In this document: piece by piece, positions 51,394 through 61,660 of the stretch
How positions within the stretch are numbered: position 1 is the stretch's first letter
How the letters are laid out: each line of letters opens with the position of its first letter
Assembly: GCA_029856365.1 (NCBI GenBank)
Contig: JAHQWW010000006.1
Span: forward strand, 21,555 to 85,554
DNA from: Candidatus Hodarchaeota archaeon
Lineage (GTDB): Archaea > Asgardarchaeota > Heimdallarchaeia > Hodarchaeales > Hodarchaeaceae
Length of the DNA stretch: 64,000 bases
Direction: 5' to 3'
Program-made: the position numbers and the translations under genes
The notes under the pieces: model-generated
Database searches by the model: none
What the model saw: only the letters and a program-made list of their open reading frames with translations
What the model was told of the DNA's origin: nothing

Positions 51394-53928
51394 ATGGGAT
51401 TCAAACCTAAAATCAAACAGAAACGATGGAAAGCTTGTAAAGAACGTGAAATAATAAAATTTTGGAGAGAAAATGAGGTCTTTAAATTCATAAATGACCC
51501 TAACAAACCCAATTATATTATCGATACTCCTCCTCCATATGTTTCTGGTCGCGCTCATCTTGGATTTGCGGTTCATTATGCTCAGATAGATATGATAGCA
51601 CGGTATTACCGAATGTTAGGTTACAACGTGATATTCCCTGCATGTGTTGATCGAAATGGTCTACCAGTCGAAGTAAAAATCGAACAAAAATTAGAAAAAT
51701 CCATGCATGACATGGATCGTGAAGAATTTCTCCAAATTTGCAAAGAAGAACTTGATAAAGCTGAAAAGAACACTATTCAGGTAATGAAATGGATGGGGTT
51801 GTCTTGCAACACCTTTTATGGATCTCCTGAAATTTTTTATAGAACAGATTCCCCCAAATATCGATATAATACCCAAAGGACTTTTTGTAAGGCTTGGTAC
51901 GAAGGATTGATTTACGAGGATAATAGACCAAATAATTGGTGTATTGAATGTGGTACTACGATTGCTGACGCTGAAATTGAATATCGTATTGATCATTCTG
52001 ATCTCTATAAAATAAAATTCGATATTGAAACTACAGATGAATCATTAATAATCGCAACTACTCGCCCAGAACTAATCGTAACATGTGAATTGATAATTTT
52101 TCACCCGTCTGATACTCGTTATTCTCATTTAAAAGATAAAAATGCTATAACACCTTTATTCAAAAAAACAGTCCCCATAAGAGCTCATAGAGAGGCTGAT
52201 CCCAAATACGGAACAGGAATTATGATGATTTGTGCTTATGGTGACAAATCAGATGTTAAAATTCTACGAGAATTTGGAATAATGAGTCCACAGACAATGA
52301 TCAATCCTGATGGAAAAATAAATGAGATCGGAGGTAAATATAAGGGATTCACTATTAAAGAAGGACGAAAAGCTATCTTAATAGATCTAGAAACACAAGG
52401 ATTGTTGATCGATTCCAAAAAAACTTCACGCCGTATCCCTATCTGCTGGAGGTCAAAAACGCCCATTGAAATCATTGCAATGAATGAGTATTATTTGAAA
52501 CAGATAGAAATCCTATCTGAATTAAAAATACTCACAGATCAAATGGAGTTTTATCCAAAATCTAGTAAAATTATCCTAGATAACTGGATAAACGCCATCA
52601 ATATGGATTGGGCAATAAGTCGTAGAAGATTTTATGGCACATCAATTCCAATTTGGTATTGTTCTGAGTGTAATTTTCCAAACATTCCAAAAGAAACTGA
52701 ACTTGATCGTTATTATGAAGCGTGGAGAGAACAAGCGCCTATTCCAACCTGTTTACAATGTGGAAGTTCTCTTGTCACCGCAAGAGGGGAAACACGAACT
52801 TTTGACACATGGTTTGATTCTTCCATTTCGGAATTAATAGCCTGCAATTATGGAAATATTTTTTTCAGTAGTGAAGAGACAGATTTCTTTAAAAATAATT
52901 TTCCCTGTTCAATACGACCACAAGCAAAAGATATTGTACGTACCTGGCTTTATTATACTATTCTTCGATCTTACCATCTTTTTAAGTCCCCTCCTTTCAA
53001 GCAGGTATGGCTTTCTGGGTTAATACTTGATCCTTATGGTGGAAAGATGTCTAAAAGCACTGGAAATAGTGTTGATCCCTTGATATTTTTACAACCGTGG
53101 GACTTATCTGAAGATACACCAGAAATCCTGAAACCTGAGAAAGATAGCTGGAAAATAATTTCTGAAAAGGAGAAAATCGAAAAGATCACAAAGAAAAATG
53201 GGATCCCAAATTTCCACTATGGAGCTGATAGTGTCAGATTAACCTCATGTTTACAAGGAAGCCATGGTTCTGACATTCGTTTCTCTCTATCAAAACTTGA
53301 TGGTAATGCGAAATTTATTACTAAATTATGGAATATTGCAAGGTTTCTTTCTGCTTTTCCCCTTGAAAAAGCTCCTAAATCGCTGTTCCCGACTGATCAA
53401 TGGATATTAACAAGTCTAGATGCATTGATATATCGTTGTACAGAAGGTTATGCTAAATTAGATTTTTCAATTCCTTCAGAGAATATTTATAACTGGATTT
53501 GGAATATTTTTGCTCCCCATTATATAGAGCTAGTTAAATCACGTGCATATGGTCAGAATCAGAAGAACTCTGATGAAGTACAAAGCGCACGTTATAGTCT
53601 TTATCATGTACTCAAGGTGATACTTAAGCTACTAGCACCAATTTCACCATTTATTACCGAAAGCATATATCAAAAACTTTACCAACCATCAGTTAGTATT
53701 CATCAGGAATTGCTACCAAAATCTGAAAAAAATCTTGGTGAAGAAGATCCACGAACATCAGAACTAATTAGGCTAAACTCATTTATTTGGAAAGAAAAGA
53801 AAGATCAAGGACTTTCTTTGAGAGCAGCAATAACTGAGGTCCACATCCCTCATATTTTAAAGGATTTTACTCAAGATCTGAATGAAATGCATAATATTAA
53901 AACCAATTCAAAACAAAATTTAACATAA
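51394..53928 (+). CDS. valS: Valine-tRNA ligase
   Basis: DTPPPYVSG, HLGF (HIGH variant), ATTRPE, DWAISR, KMSKS, GAD..R. Confidence 0.95.
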   Translation: MGFKPKIKQKRWKACKEREIIKFWRENEVFKFINDPNKPNYIIDTPPPYVSGRAHLGFAVHYAQIDMIARYYRMLGYNVIFPACVDRNGLPVEVKIEQKLEKSMHDMDREEFLQICKEELDKAEKNTIQVMKWMGLSCNTFYGSPEIFYRTDSPKYRYNTQRTFCKAWYEGLIYEDNRPNNWCIECGTTIADAEIEYRIDHSDLYKIKFDIETTDESLIIATTRPELIVTCELIIFHPSDTRYSHLKDKNAITPLFKKTVPIRAHREADPKYGTGIMMICAYGDKSDVKILREFGIMSPQTMINPDGKINEIGGKYKGFTIKEGRKAILIDLETQGLLIDSKKTSRRIPICWRSKTPIEIIAMNEYYLKQIEILSELKILTDQMEFYPKSSKIILDNWINAINMDWAISRRRFYGTSIPIWYCSECNFPNIPKETELDRYYEAWREQAPIPTCLQCGSSLVTARGETRTFDTWFDSSISELIACNYGNIFFSSEETDFFKNNFPCSIRPQAKDIVRTWLYYTILRSYHLFKSPPFKQVWLSGLILDPYGGKMSKSTGNSVDPLIFLQPWDLSEDTPEILKPEKDSWKIISEKEKIEKITKKNGIPNFHYGADSVRLTSCLQGSHGSDIRFSLSKLDGNAKFITKLWNIARFLSAFPLEKAPKSLFPTDQWILTSLDALIYRCTEGYAKLDFSIPSENIYNWIWNIFAPHYIELVKSRAYGQNQKNSDEVQSARYSLYHVLKVILKLLAPISPFITESIYQKLYQPSVSIHQELLPKSEKNLGEEDPRTSELIRLNSFIWKEKKDQGLSLRAAITEVHIPHILKDFTQDLNEMHNIKTNSKQNLT

Positions 53929-53995
53929 ATGAAGATAAAATTATCCAAGATTTAACTAGTATTGAATTCTAAATTCAATAAAGGTCTTATTTCCA

Positions 53996-54367
53996 ATGTC
54001 GAAGAAGAAAAATGATAAATTATCTGATATTAAGCAGATGAGTACACTATTACTTTCAGGAGCTACAATGCTAGCAGATTCTTGTCCAGACTGTAAAGTT
54101 CCTCTGTTTAAAAAGAATGAGAATACATTTTGCCCAAAATGTGGTAGAAAAGCTGTATTTGTTAGTTCTGATGACGAAGTCAGAGAAATTGAACATGCTT
54201 ACTCGTTCTCAGAAACCCGTGAGATAATACAAGACATTTTAACAGGGAAATTAACTTATATTGCTCAAAAGCTTGCAGATTGTGAGGATTTTGAAGAAAT
54301 GAAAATTATTCTTGAAATATTGGATTTATTACTCAACCTAACTACTAAAATCATTAGAATTAAGTAA
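53996..54367 (+). CDS. UPF0148/SSSCA1-family zinc-finger protein
   Basis: LLLSGATML..SCPDC..PLF...FCPKC. Confidence 0.82.
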   Translation: MSKKKNDKLSDIKQMSTLLLSGATMLADSCPDCKVPLFKKNENTFCPKCGRKAVFVSSDDEVREIEHAYSFSETREIIQDILTGKLTYIAQKLADCEDFEEMKIILEILDLLLNLTTKIIRIK

Positions 54368-54477
54368 AATTATGTATTTAAAGACTGAAATTTTAAGGTT
54401 TGAAGACAAAACCTTTAATTGGTGTATGACCTAATGCTTTTTTCGAGTATGAACTCTTAATGGGCTGGTGATTGTAA

Positions 54478-54954
54478 TTGGGACGAATTTTAGGTAGAAT
54501 CCTTCGTATATTAGCCTGGATTGCACCTATATACCAATTTAGGGCTAATGTATGGCGTAGATGTGGTGTGAACATTGGAAAGCGTGTATATATAGGAAAT
54601 TTAGTCTTTATTGACAGTCAATATCCACATTTGATAACAGTCGAAGATGATGCTAGTATTGGGCCCTTAACTTTAATTCTCGCTCATTCTGGAGGAAGTC
54701 CTTATCATCAGCAAACTGGTATTTTTAAACAAAAACCGAAACCAGTGCACATAAAACGTGGTGCATGGATCGGATCTGGTGCAATCATCCTCCCGGGAGC
54801 AATAATCGGTGAAGGATCTATTGTCGCTTCTGGGGCTGTTGTTAACCGACCAATTCCCGACTTCAGGGTTGCTGCTGGTAATCCAGCACGAGTAGTTTCT
54901 AAATTACCAAGACCAAAAACAGGGAGGCTTATGAAAAATGAAGAAAGAAAATAA
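54478..54954 (+). CDS. Hexapeptide-repeat (left-handed beta-helix) acyltransferase
   Basis: GVNIGKRVYIG, IKRGAWIG, IIGEGSIV, AGNPARV. Confidence 0.88.
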   Translation: MGRILGRILRILAWIAPIYQFRANVWRRCGVNIGKRVYIGNLVFIDSQYPHLITVEDDASIGPLTLILAHSGGSPYHQQTGIFKQKPKPVHIKRGAWIGSGAIILPGAIIGEGSIVASGAVVNRPIPDFRVAAGNPARVVSKLPRPKTGRLMKNEERK

Positions 54955-54989
54955 CTACATTTTTCAGTGGTTATGGGAAAGTCATTCCC

Positions 54990-55238
54990 TTAGGTGACGT
55001 TAATTCCATGCTTACCCAGGATTTTTTTTATATCACCAATTGTTTTTATTTCTATGATGTCATCATCTGATAGAAAAAAATCAAAGGCCTGCTCCAATTC
55101 AGATACCAAAGCAAGATGAGTCATAGAATCCCAGATTTCGAGGTTTTTTTGAGAAATATCGTTGTTTATCATATTTCTTTCTAATAGAAGGATCTTACAA
55201 ATAATATCCTCGTATATATCTTGAGCTTTCGTCATCAT
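54990..55238 (-). CDS. Acyl carrier protein
   Basis: 82 aa, acidic, WDSM phosphopantetheine-attachment Ser, helix II ..ELE..F, TIGDI. Confidence 0.88.
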   Translation of the reverse strand: MMTKAQDIYEDIICKILLLERNMINNDISQKNLEIWDSMTHLALVSELEQAFDFFLSDDDIIEIKTIGDIKKILGKHGINVT

Positions 55239-57088
55239 TCTTCAACTACCTGAATGTATTCAGGATAGATTATCTTGGATTCCAGAGGATGAAATACCCA
55301 ACGCATATATCCATCATTTCGTTTTTCTACTAATTTAAAGCCATGTTTTGGATAAAAATCCTTTACTAATGAGTTCTTCTTCGTGGGAATGTATTCAGCT
55401 TCGAGATTTTCCACTTTCTTCTTTTGAACATCCTTTATTATTTTATATAAGAATGTTGTTTCAATTTTTCTACCGATTACCCGACAACTCATAAGAAAAC
55501 TATCAATTAGATATGTTTCTACGGAATTTATCTTAACAATCGCAACGCCTACAGTTCCTTCGTGACCATATTTATCAAGGACTTCCAAAGTGTATATAAG
55601 ATATCTTTCGCTGTTAGAAAACATTTGGTGTATCTCGGCCTCTGTATAGCGTCTAGTTGTTAAATTAAATTGATTTGTCCGATTCAGAAGACTTGTGATA
55701 CGTGGAAGAACTAAATCATCAGCAAATTTAATTTTTGCTACAATGTTTAACGATTTAATGAACTCTTCAATGGATTGTACCTGTTGTTCAAGAACTTGGC
55801 GTTTTCGCCTTGCATAATACATTTTACCGCGGTTGAGATCCTCCCTGGTCAGTGATAGCGTGTTAAAGTCGTTCATTTTTTCTAAAGCTTGTCGAAACAG
55901 TGTAGGGCTAGCTGGTAGCTCCACAACATGAACATCAGGCAAGGATGTTCTTATGCGTTCACGTTCTATGGGATTGTCATCAAGAAAGACAAAGCTATCT
56001 AATCCAATATTAATTTCCTTACTCAATTCAATAAGGTTTTGTACTTTATCATTCCAATTAATGCGATAAGCAGCCAGATTTTTTTCTTTTATAAGCATGA
56101 AAGGATGTTTCTGGAAGACCTCAAGAGCATCATCAAGATTATTCTTACTGTTTACTGCTAAAATGATACCCCTATTGTTTAAGCTCAAGAGAGAGCGTTG
56201 AAAATCTACAAATTCATTTCCTGGATAAGTGACGTTAAGTTTGATCCCATCGAGCTCATCTTCTCCAATAATACCACCCCAAAGAGTACCATCCAAATCA
56301 AGAACAACACATTTCCTATTCTTCGATTTTAGTGCTTTAATGTACCCCATCAACTCATAAGAAACATGAGGCAAGAAAGAGTCTTTGAATAGCAGCGAAC
56401 CCCGATAATTCATTGAATAATTCATGTACCTGTCTTTGCCATAACTGCTAGCAACTTCATTGAGATCAAATATGAAAACTTGTTTGTTATTTCGGAATGA
56501 TTTTTCAAGCCTTGTATTTAATAGTTGATAGAAGCGCTTGAAGCCAATTTCCTGTTTATTATCTAGAATTCCAAAAGGAGAAAACGTTGGTAATACAAAA
56601 TTACTAAAAAGTATTAGAGATTCACTCCTTTGATTTAATAATGTCAAGAGTTGTATTAAATTCTGAATAATTCGATCCAATTCGGTCTGTTTATCTTTTA
56701 TGTTCGTTTGAGGAAATTTAACTCTAAACATATCTTCTAACAATGATTCTACTTCAATAAAAAGTATTACTATATCTGGTTGAGATTGGTAAAGGCCACT
56801 CTGTTCGTTAATAATCTCTTCTTGAAACCGGTTGAATGGAGCGATATAGATTTCTGGAAAAAGCCCTTCTAAACGGCAGTATATGTCAAGATAAATCGCT
56901 AGCGGATCAATAGTAAATGAACTCATCAAGGCGATGTTTATACCTTGGCTTGGGGGAATTTCCATGGTCGAAAAATCTAACTGTTTAATTCGCTTATACA
57001 CGTTCCAATAATTCCTATGAGTCGGTTCTTTACGAACCAATTCAAGTAAATCATTTTGTTCATGAAATACATCGATTCTGGAATTCAT
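55235..57088 (-). CDS. FkbH-like HAD-IIIC glyceryl-ACP transferase/phosphatase
   Basis: DLDGTLWGG, SKN, INW.DK, FLDDNPIER, RTNQFNLTT, FLMSCRV; ATG 57088. Confidence 0.92.
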   Translation of the reverse strand: MNSRIDVFHEQNDLLELVRKEPTHRNYWNVYKRIKQLDFSTMEIPPSQGINIALMSSFTIDPLAIYLDIYCRLEGLFPEIYIAPFNRFQEEIINEQSGLYQSQPDIVILFIEVESLLEDMFRVKFPQTNIKDKQTELDRIIQNLIQLLTLLNQRSESLILFSNFVLPTFSPFGILDNKQEIGFKRFYQLLNTRLEKSFRNNKQVFIFDLNEVASSYGKDRYMNYSMNYRGSLLFKDSFLPHVSYELMGYIKALKSKNRKCVVLDLDGTLWGGIIGEDELDGIKLNVTYPGNEFVDFQRSLLSLNNRGIILAVNSKNNLDDALEVFQKHPFMLIKEKNLAAYRINWNDKVQNLIELSKEINIGLDSFVFLDDNPIERERIRTSLPDVHVVELPASPTLFRQALEKMNDFNTLSLTREDLNRGKMYYARRKRQVLEQQVQSIEEFIKSLNIVAKIKFADDLVLPRITSLLNRTNQFNLTTRRYTEAEIHQMFSNSERYLIYTLEVLDKYGHEGTVGVAIVKINSVETYLIDSFLMSCRVIGRKIETTFLYKIIKDVQKKKVENLEAEYIPTKKNSLVKDFYPKHGFKLVEKRNDGYMRWVFHPLESKIIYPEYIQVVEE

Positions 57089-57548
57089 CGTTAACTTCTC
57101 GCTCCAATTTAACTTTAATCTCACTTAATTCCTTTAATAAGTCATAATCGGATGATCGCGAAAAAACTATAGCCCATGCTATAGCTAGTTCACTAGAGTG
57201 TGCTATAGTGACTTGAACTTTTAGATCATAATTGTCATTCAACCATTTATTTCCTATTGAAGGAGATATTGTTCTATCTTCAGGCCAAACTTCAGGTTTC
57301 CCATTTTTATCATGTTGAATTGAAATTTGGGTGAGTTTTATTGGTAATAACTTATTTACAGCTTTAAAGATTGCCTCTTTTGCAGCGAAAATCCCTGCAA
57401 AATGAGGATATGGATCAGAAAAGTCACTACAATATTGCAATTCATATTCACTGAAGATATGTGCATAAAAACGTGAATGTTTTGAAGGAGGAAACGCCCT
57501 AAAGCGTTGGATTTCAATAATATCAATACCTATGAAGCAGTTTGTCAA
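57060..57548 (-). CDS. acpS: Holo-ACP synthase (phosphopantetheinyl transferase)
   Basis: GIDIIE, FSEYE, FAAKEA.FKA, GKP, TIAH. Confidence 0.9.
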   Translation of the reverse strand: MTNCFIGIDIIEIQRFRAFPPSKHSRFYAHIFSEYELQYCSDFSDPYPHFAGIFAAKEAIFKAVNKLLPIKLTQISIQHDKNGKPEVWPEDRTISPSIGNKWLNDNYDLKVQVTIAHSSELAIAWAIVFSRSSDYDLLKELSEIKVKLEREVNDEFQNRCIS

Positions 57549-57567
57549 TTAAAATCAAACCTTATAA

Positions 57568-58431
57568 CTAAGTTCTTCTCATATAATCAAAAAAAGTAAA
57601 ATTATCTATATCCCCTGTAAGTAAGCAACAAACAGGTGCATGTCCTTTCCATCGCTGGTATTTTGACCAGTAATCCACCGCATCCGAAACCGTGGGCACC
57701 CACGCACCAATTCTCCTTGCATGAAGGAGTAAACTACTCAAACTTTGAATATACTCTTTCTGTCCGATTCTTATTGGATGAAGATCGTACATAATAAGTC
57801 CATTAACCTTTCGAGCTTTTTCTAATTGAATAATCAGGATTTTAGCCATTTTTTCTGATGAAAGTTTGTATCTATCAATCATACGGTCATCAGACCACTC
57901 ACATAAAGGAATACAGGTGTAAGACGACATATTTCCATTTCTTAATTTAACTTTAAAGAATTCATAACCATGTCTATACTCATGACGATATCCTATTCCT
58001 CCATCCCACTTAAATCCAAATTCTTCCACCAAATCTATAGTAGTTTTTGAATATGCATTGTAAGGCGCTCTAAAACCTTTATAAGGAATCTTTAATTCCC
58101 TAAAAATATGGATAGCCTTCTTTAGTTCAAGTGCTTGTTGTTTAGGAGATAAAAATGGATATTTTATGTGTTTATACCCATGAATAGCTATTTCATGAGG
58201 AAATGACCTTAACCATTCGACTAATGAAGGATTAGATTGAGCTGTTGCTGCTACAAGGGGAAATGTAAATTTTGCATCATATTCATCAAGAATTTCTAAA
58301 ATCCTTTGTAATAATTGAGAAAAAGGCGTTTTATGGAAACGAAACATTTTCACAGCATGGTTAATAACCTGCTTACCACGTCTACCTCTTAAATGCATCA
58401 ACCATGATGTCAGACGACTCCTATTTACCAT
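57568..58431 (-). CDS. Polysaccharide deacetylase (CE4/NodB fold)
   Basis: TFP, HEIAIHGYKH, GFRAPY, LHP; C-terminal TGDID may be a permuted motif 1. Confidence 0.8.
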   Translation of the reverse strand: MVNRSRLTSWLMHLRGRRGKQVINHAVKMFRFHKTPFSQLLQRILEILDEYDAKFTFPLVAATAQSNPSLVEWLRSFPHEIAIHGYKHIKYPFLSPKQQALELKKAIHIFRELKIPYKGFRAPYNAYSKTTIDLVEEFGFKWDGGIGYRHEYRHGYEFFKVKLRNGNMSSYTCIPLCEWSDDRMIDRYKLSSEKMAKILIIQLEKARKVNGLIMYDLHPIRIGQKEYIQSLSSLLLHARRIGAWVPTVSDAVDYWSKYQRWKGHAPVCCLLTGDIDNFTFFDYMRRT

Positions 58432-58715
58432 ATTTTTCCCAAGGATAATTAAGACGCCTTAAAAGTAGAAATCCAATAATTAATTAAATATTTTTCATTG
58501 TAAGTTAATAAGATCGCTTTTCTTTTCAAGATAGACTGTTATTAATCAAATTCATGAATATGGGCCTCTAAAGGTTAAAGCAATAAGTACCCCTTTTTAC
58601 TACTATTTATGTTAATAAAAGACTATAGAGAATATCTATATTATATTTTTGATTTGGTTTAAAGACTCCATACCATTAATGTCAAATAAACCTTAATTCA
58701 TTTATGCTTCCACTA

Positions 58716-59051
58716 TTATTTCAATAACGAATAAAAATGAACTAGTTCTTCTTGTATCTCATTCCTTAATTTCATTATATCATTAATTTCAATGGGTTCA
58801 GAATGTTTTATAATAATATTCAATTGTACAACGTTACCGATTGCTTGAATATTTTCTGATTTAACAGTAAATTCTGTATCAAGACCCTTCACAGTCAAAC
58901 TAATAGTTGGTGAGGGAATTTGAATTCTAATGTTACGAATAACCCCAATCATACGAGCATTTGCATCAATAACCGCCTTTCCTACAAGTTTTCCTGGAAA
59001 CATGAGCTCAAATAACTCTATATCGATGTCTATTGGCTGTTTTGTCATCAT
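58716..59051 (-). CDS. PRC-barrel domain protein
   Basis: LVGKAVIDANA..IGVI and ENIQAIGNVV pattern. Confidence 0.7.
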   Translation of the reverse strand: MMTKQPIDIDIELFELMFPGKLVGKAVIDANARMIGVIRNIRIQIPSPTISLTVKGLDTEFTVKSENIQAIGNVVQLNIIIKHSEPIEINDIMKLRNEIQEELVHFYSLLK

Positions 59052-59229
59052 TGACACCATATATCGGTGAAGATTACATGAAACAATCAAAATATTGTAT
59101 TACATTACACAAATAAAATATTGTAAAAGAGTGCCGTTTGCAAAGCAAGTAAGCCGTTTTAGAATAAATTGCTATTTTTCTCATAGATATGAATTATCTA
59201 ACAGAGAAATCTCAAGGTGAAACAGCTAT

Positions 59230-61407
59230 ATGCCCATTATTATTGATAGAATCCTAGATGACCTCAGAAATCGCTATAATACTGCGATTACAACGATTAA
59301 CAAAGAAATACTTCTAAGCTATTCAGCTATCATTTTCATTTTCATTTTAGCTTATCTCGTTAGGATATTTGCAGTTATAAAACCATATGAAATTATTCTT
59401 ACAGCTAATGATCCTTATTCCCAATATCGTGCAGCAATTTACATCGAAGAACATGGTCTTGCTCAATTTTTAAGCTGGGTTGATAACCAGACGTGGTACC
59501 CTGAAGGACGATTCTGGGGGCGAGGTTTTTACCTCGGAACACCTATTTCAGCAGTAATACTACATCAAATAACAATATTCTTGGGGTTAGACATTCCTTT
59601 AATGGTAGTTTGCTATTATCAACCAGCTCTATTAGGATCTATAACCTGTATAGCAATATATTTTCTAGGGAAAGAACTAAGTAATAAAAAAGTTGGAATA
59701 CTTGCTGCATTCTTTCTAGCGATTTCAGCTGGCCACTTACAACGAACTATAGTCGGATTCTTTGACAATGAATCAATGGGAATTCTTTTCCTTGTCCTTG
59801 CATTGTATTTCTATGCGCGATCATTACGGACAGGGTCAGTTATTATAACAATAATTTCGGGAATTTGCCTTGGAATCCTATCTGGATCATGGGGAGCCTC
59901 GACTTACGTCTTCAACTTAATAGCAATTCATACGTTCGCTCTGTTAATTCTTAAAAAGCATTCAGATAGATTATTTCTTTCATACGGGGGAACAGTTCTT
60001 ATAGGGTTCTTCATCATGACATTGATTCCAAGAAATGGCCCTGAATCTATCTTCGCTACGGACGCTTTGACTTGTTTAGCTGTCCTTGGTCTATTAACCC
60101 TAGCAGAAATTTATCGCTACATTAACACATTTTATGACACAACGCAAATCCGTGCTCGCTTTAAAACCTTTATTCCTTTTATTGGAATTGCCACTGTCTT
60201 AGTATTCATCGTTTTATTGGTAGGAGGTTATTTAACAAATATCTCATCAAAATTTGTTACTGTTCTTTTACCGATATTCCGAGATGATGCTCCTATATTA
60301 AAATCAGTTAGCGAGCATCAAATTGTAACTTGGGCTACATTTTTCAGAAATACTGGATTATTAATCTTTTTCTTACCTTTAAGTATCTATTACCTTTACG
60401 AAAAACCAACCGAAAAGAACATTCTTCTTTTATTATTTGGGATTACAACAATATATTTCGCTGGTTCTATGGTAAGATTAGCTCTAATATTAGCTCCAGC
60501 TGTTTCCTTGTTGGCAGCAAAGGCCATTGACCAGACCTTATTACCTTTTGTATTAGCATTTCAAGAACGATTTGCTCTAAGTCGACGAAAAACTCGCTTC
60601 ATACAGCCATTATCTAATGAACAAACTGCAATCGCTTTCTTATTTATAGGTCTTCTTTTATTATATGCAGTAGGTACGGCTGTGGATGAATCTGCTAAAT
60701 CAACTCAGGCTTCTTCCATACTTACCCCAGTATATACAGGAAACCAGATCATTCTAGGAAATGACTGGCAAGAAGCAATAAGCTGGTTAGATTATCATAC
60801 TGGACCAAAGGATGTGACTGCTTCTTGGTGGGACTATGGTTATTGGATCAGTGGAACTTCTAATACAACCATTTTAGTAGATAATTCCACTGGTAATAGC
60901 ACAAAAATTGGTAATGTTGGGTGTTTATTGGTTCTCAACCCACCAGACTCTTTAAAAATTGCGAAAATGTACGATGTAACCTACATCGTCCTTTTGGTCT
61001 CTGATGGTGTGTACCAACTTGATTCTGACCTTGGTAAAGTCCCATGGTTTATTCGTATTGGAGCAGCTAATGGTAATATTATCCAAATAGATCCAGATGA
61101 TTATCTTGAGTACGATTCGAGAGGCCAATACATCCAAGGATATGTCGATAAGTTCTATGACTCAGTATTTTGGTCATTATTTACAGGAGGAGGAGCCCCA
61201 GATGAAACAGGTGTTTCAACGGAAGTTTTTGAGCGCATTAAATTATATCCTCCAATAACTGATAATGCTCCTGCAACAAAAGGTTTCTCCGATACTTACG
61301 CAGAGTATGCGCAGTATTATGAGCTTGCTTATAGAACAACCCATAGATGGATATATATTTGGCGAATCAACTGGGATATAATCCCCCCAGGGGCTATTAC
61401 ACCGTAG
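59230..61407 (+). CDS. aglB: Oligosaccharyltransferase STT3/AglB, eukaryote-type
   Basis: DPY, WYPEGR, FDNE, SVSEHQ, WWDYG, DNSTGN, DLGK..W.IRI. Confidence 0.95.
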   Translation: MPIIIDRILDDLRNRYNTAITTINKEILLSYSAIIFIFILAYLVRIFAVIKPYEIILTANDPYSQYRAAIYIEEHGLAQFLSWVDNQTWYPEGRFWGRGFYLGTPISAVILHQITIFLGLDIPLMVVCYYQPALLGSITCIAIYFLGKELSNKKVGILAAFFLAISAGHLQRTIVGFFDNESMGILFLVLALYFYARSLRTGSVIITIISGICLGILSGSWGASTYVFNLIAIHTFALLILKKHSDRLFLSYGGTVLIGFFIMTLIPRNGPESIFATDALTCLAVLGLLTLAEIYRYINTFYDTTQIRARFKTFIPFIGIATVLVFIVLLVGGYLTNISSKFVTVLLPIFRDDAPILKSVSEHQIVTWATFFRNTGLLIFFLPLSIYYLYEKPTEKNILLLLFGITTIYFAGSMVRLALILAPAVSLLAAKAIDQTLLPFVLAFQERFALSRRKTRFIQPLSNEQTAIAFLFIGLLLLYAVGTAVDESAKSTQASSILTPVYTGNQIILGNDWQEAISWLDYHTGPKDVTASWWDYGYWISGTSNTTILVDNSTGNSTKIGNVGCLLVLNPPDSLKIAKMYDVTYIVLLVSDGVYQLDSDLGKVPWFIRIGAANGNIIQIDPDDYLEYDSRGQYIQGYVDKFYDSVFWSLFTGGGAPDETGVSTEVFERIKLYPPITDNAPATKGFSDTYAEYAQYYELAYRTTHRWIYIWRINWDIIPPGAITP

Positions 61408-61660
61408 ATTCACTTATTCGGGGTTACTAATTACATTTATCATTCACTTTATCTATTTCTTTTTCTACAAAAAGGAAATAAATACTATATTTTCCCAAAT
61501 GAACTGAAGAAAAAGCATTTCGCTTAGAAATACATCGGTATCTTTTTTAGTAGAATATTCTTGGATTATTAAATGAAAAAAGAAATATATGCCATTTCAG
61601 AGATTTCATCTCTATGTAACATGTTTGTTTTTATCAGCCATTTTTGGGGTTTAGCTTGTT

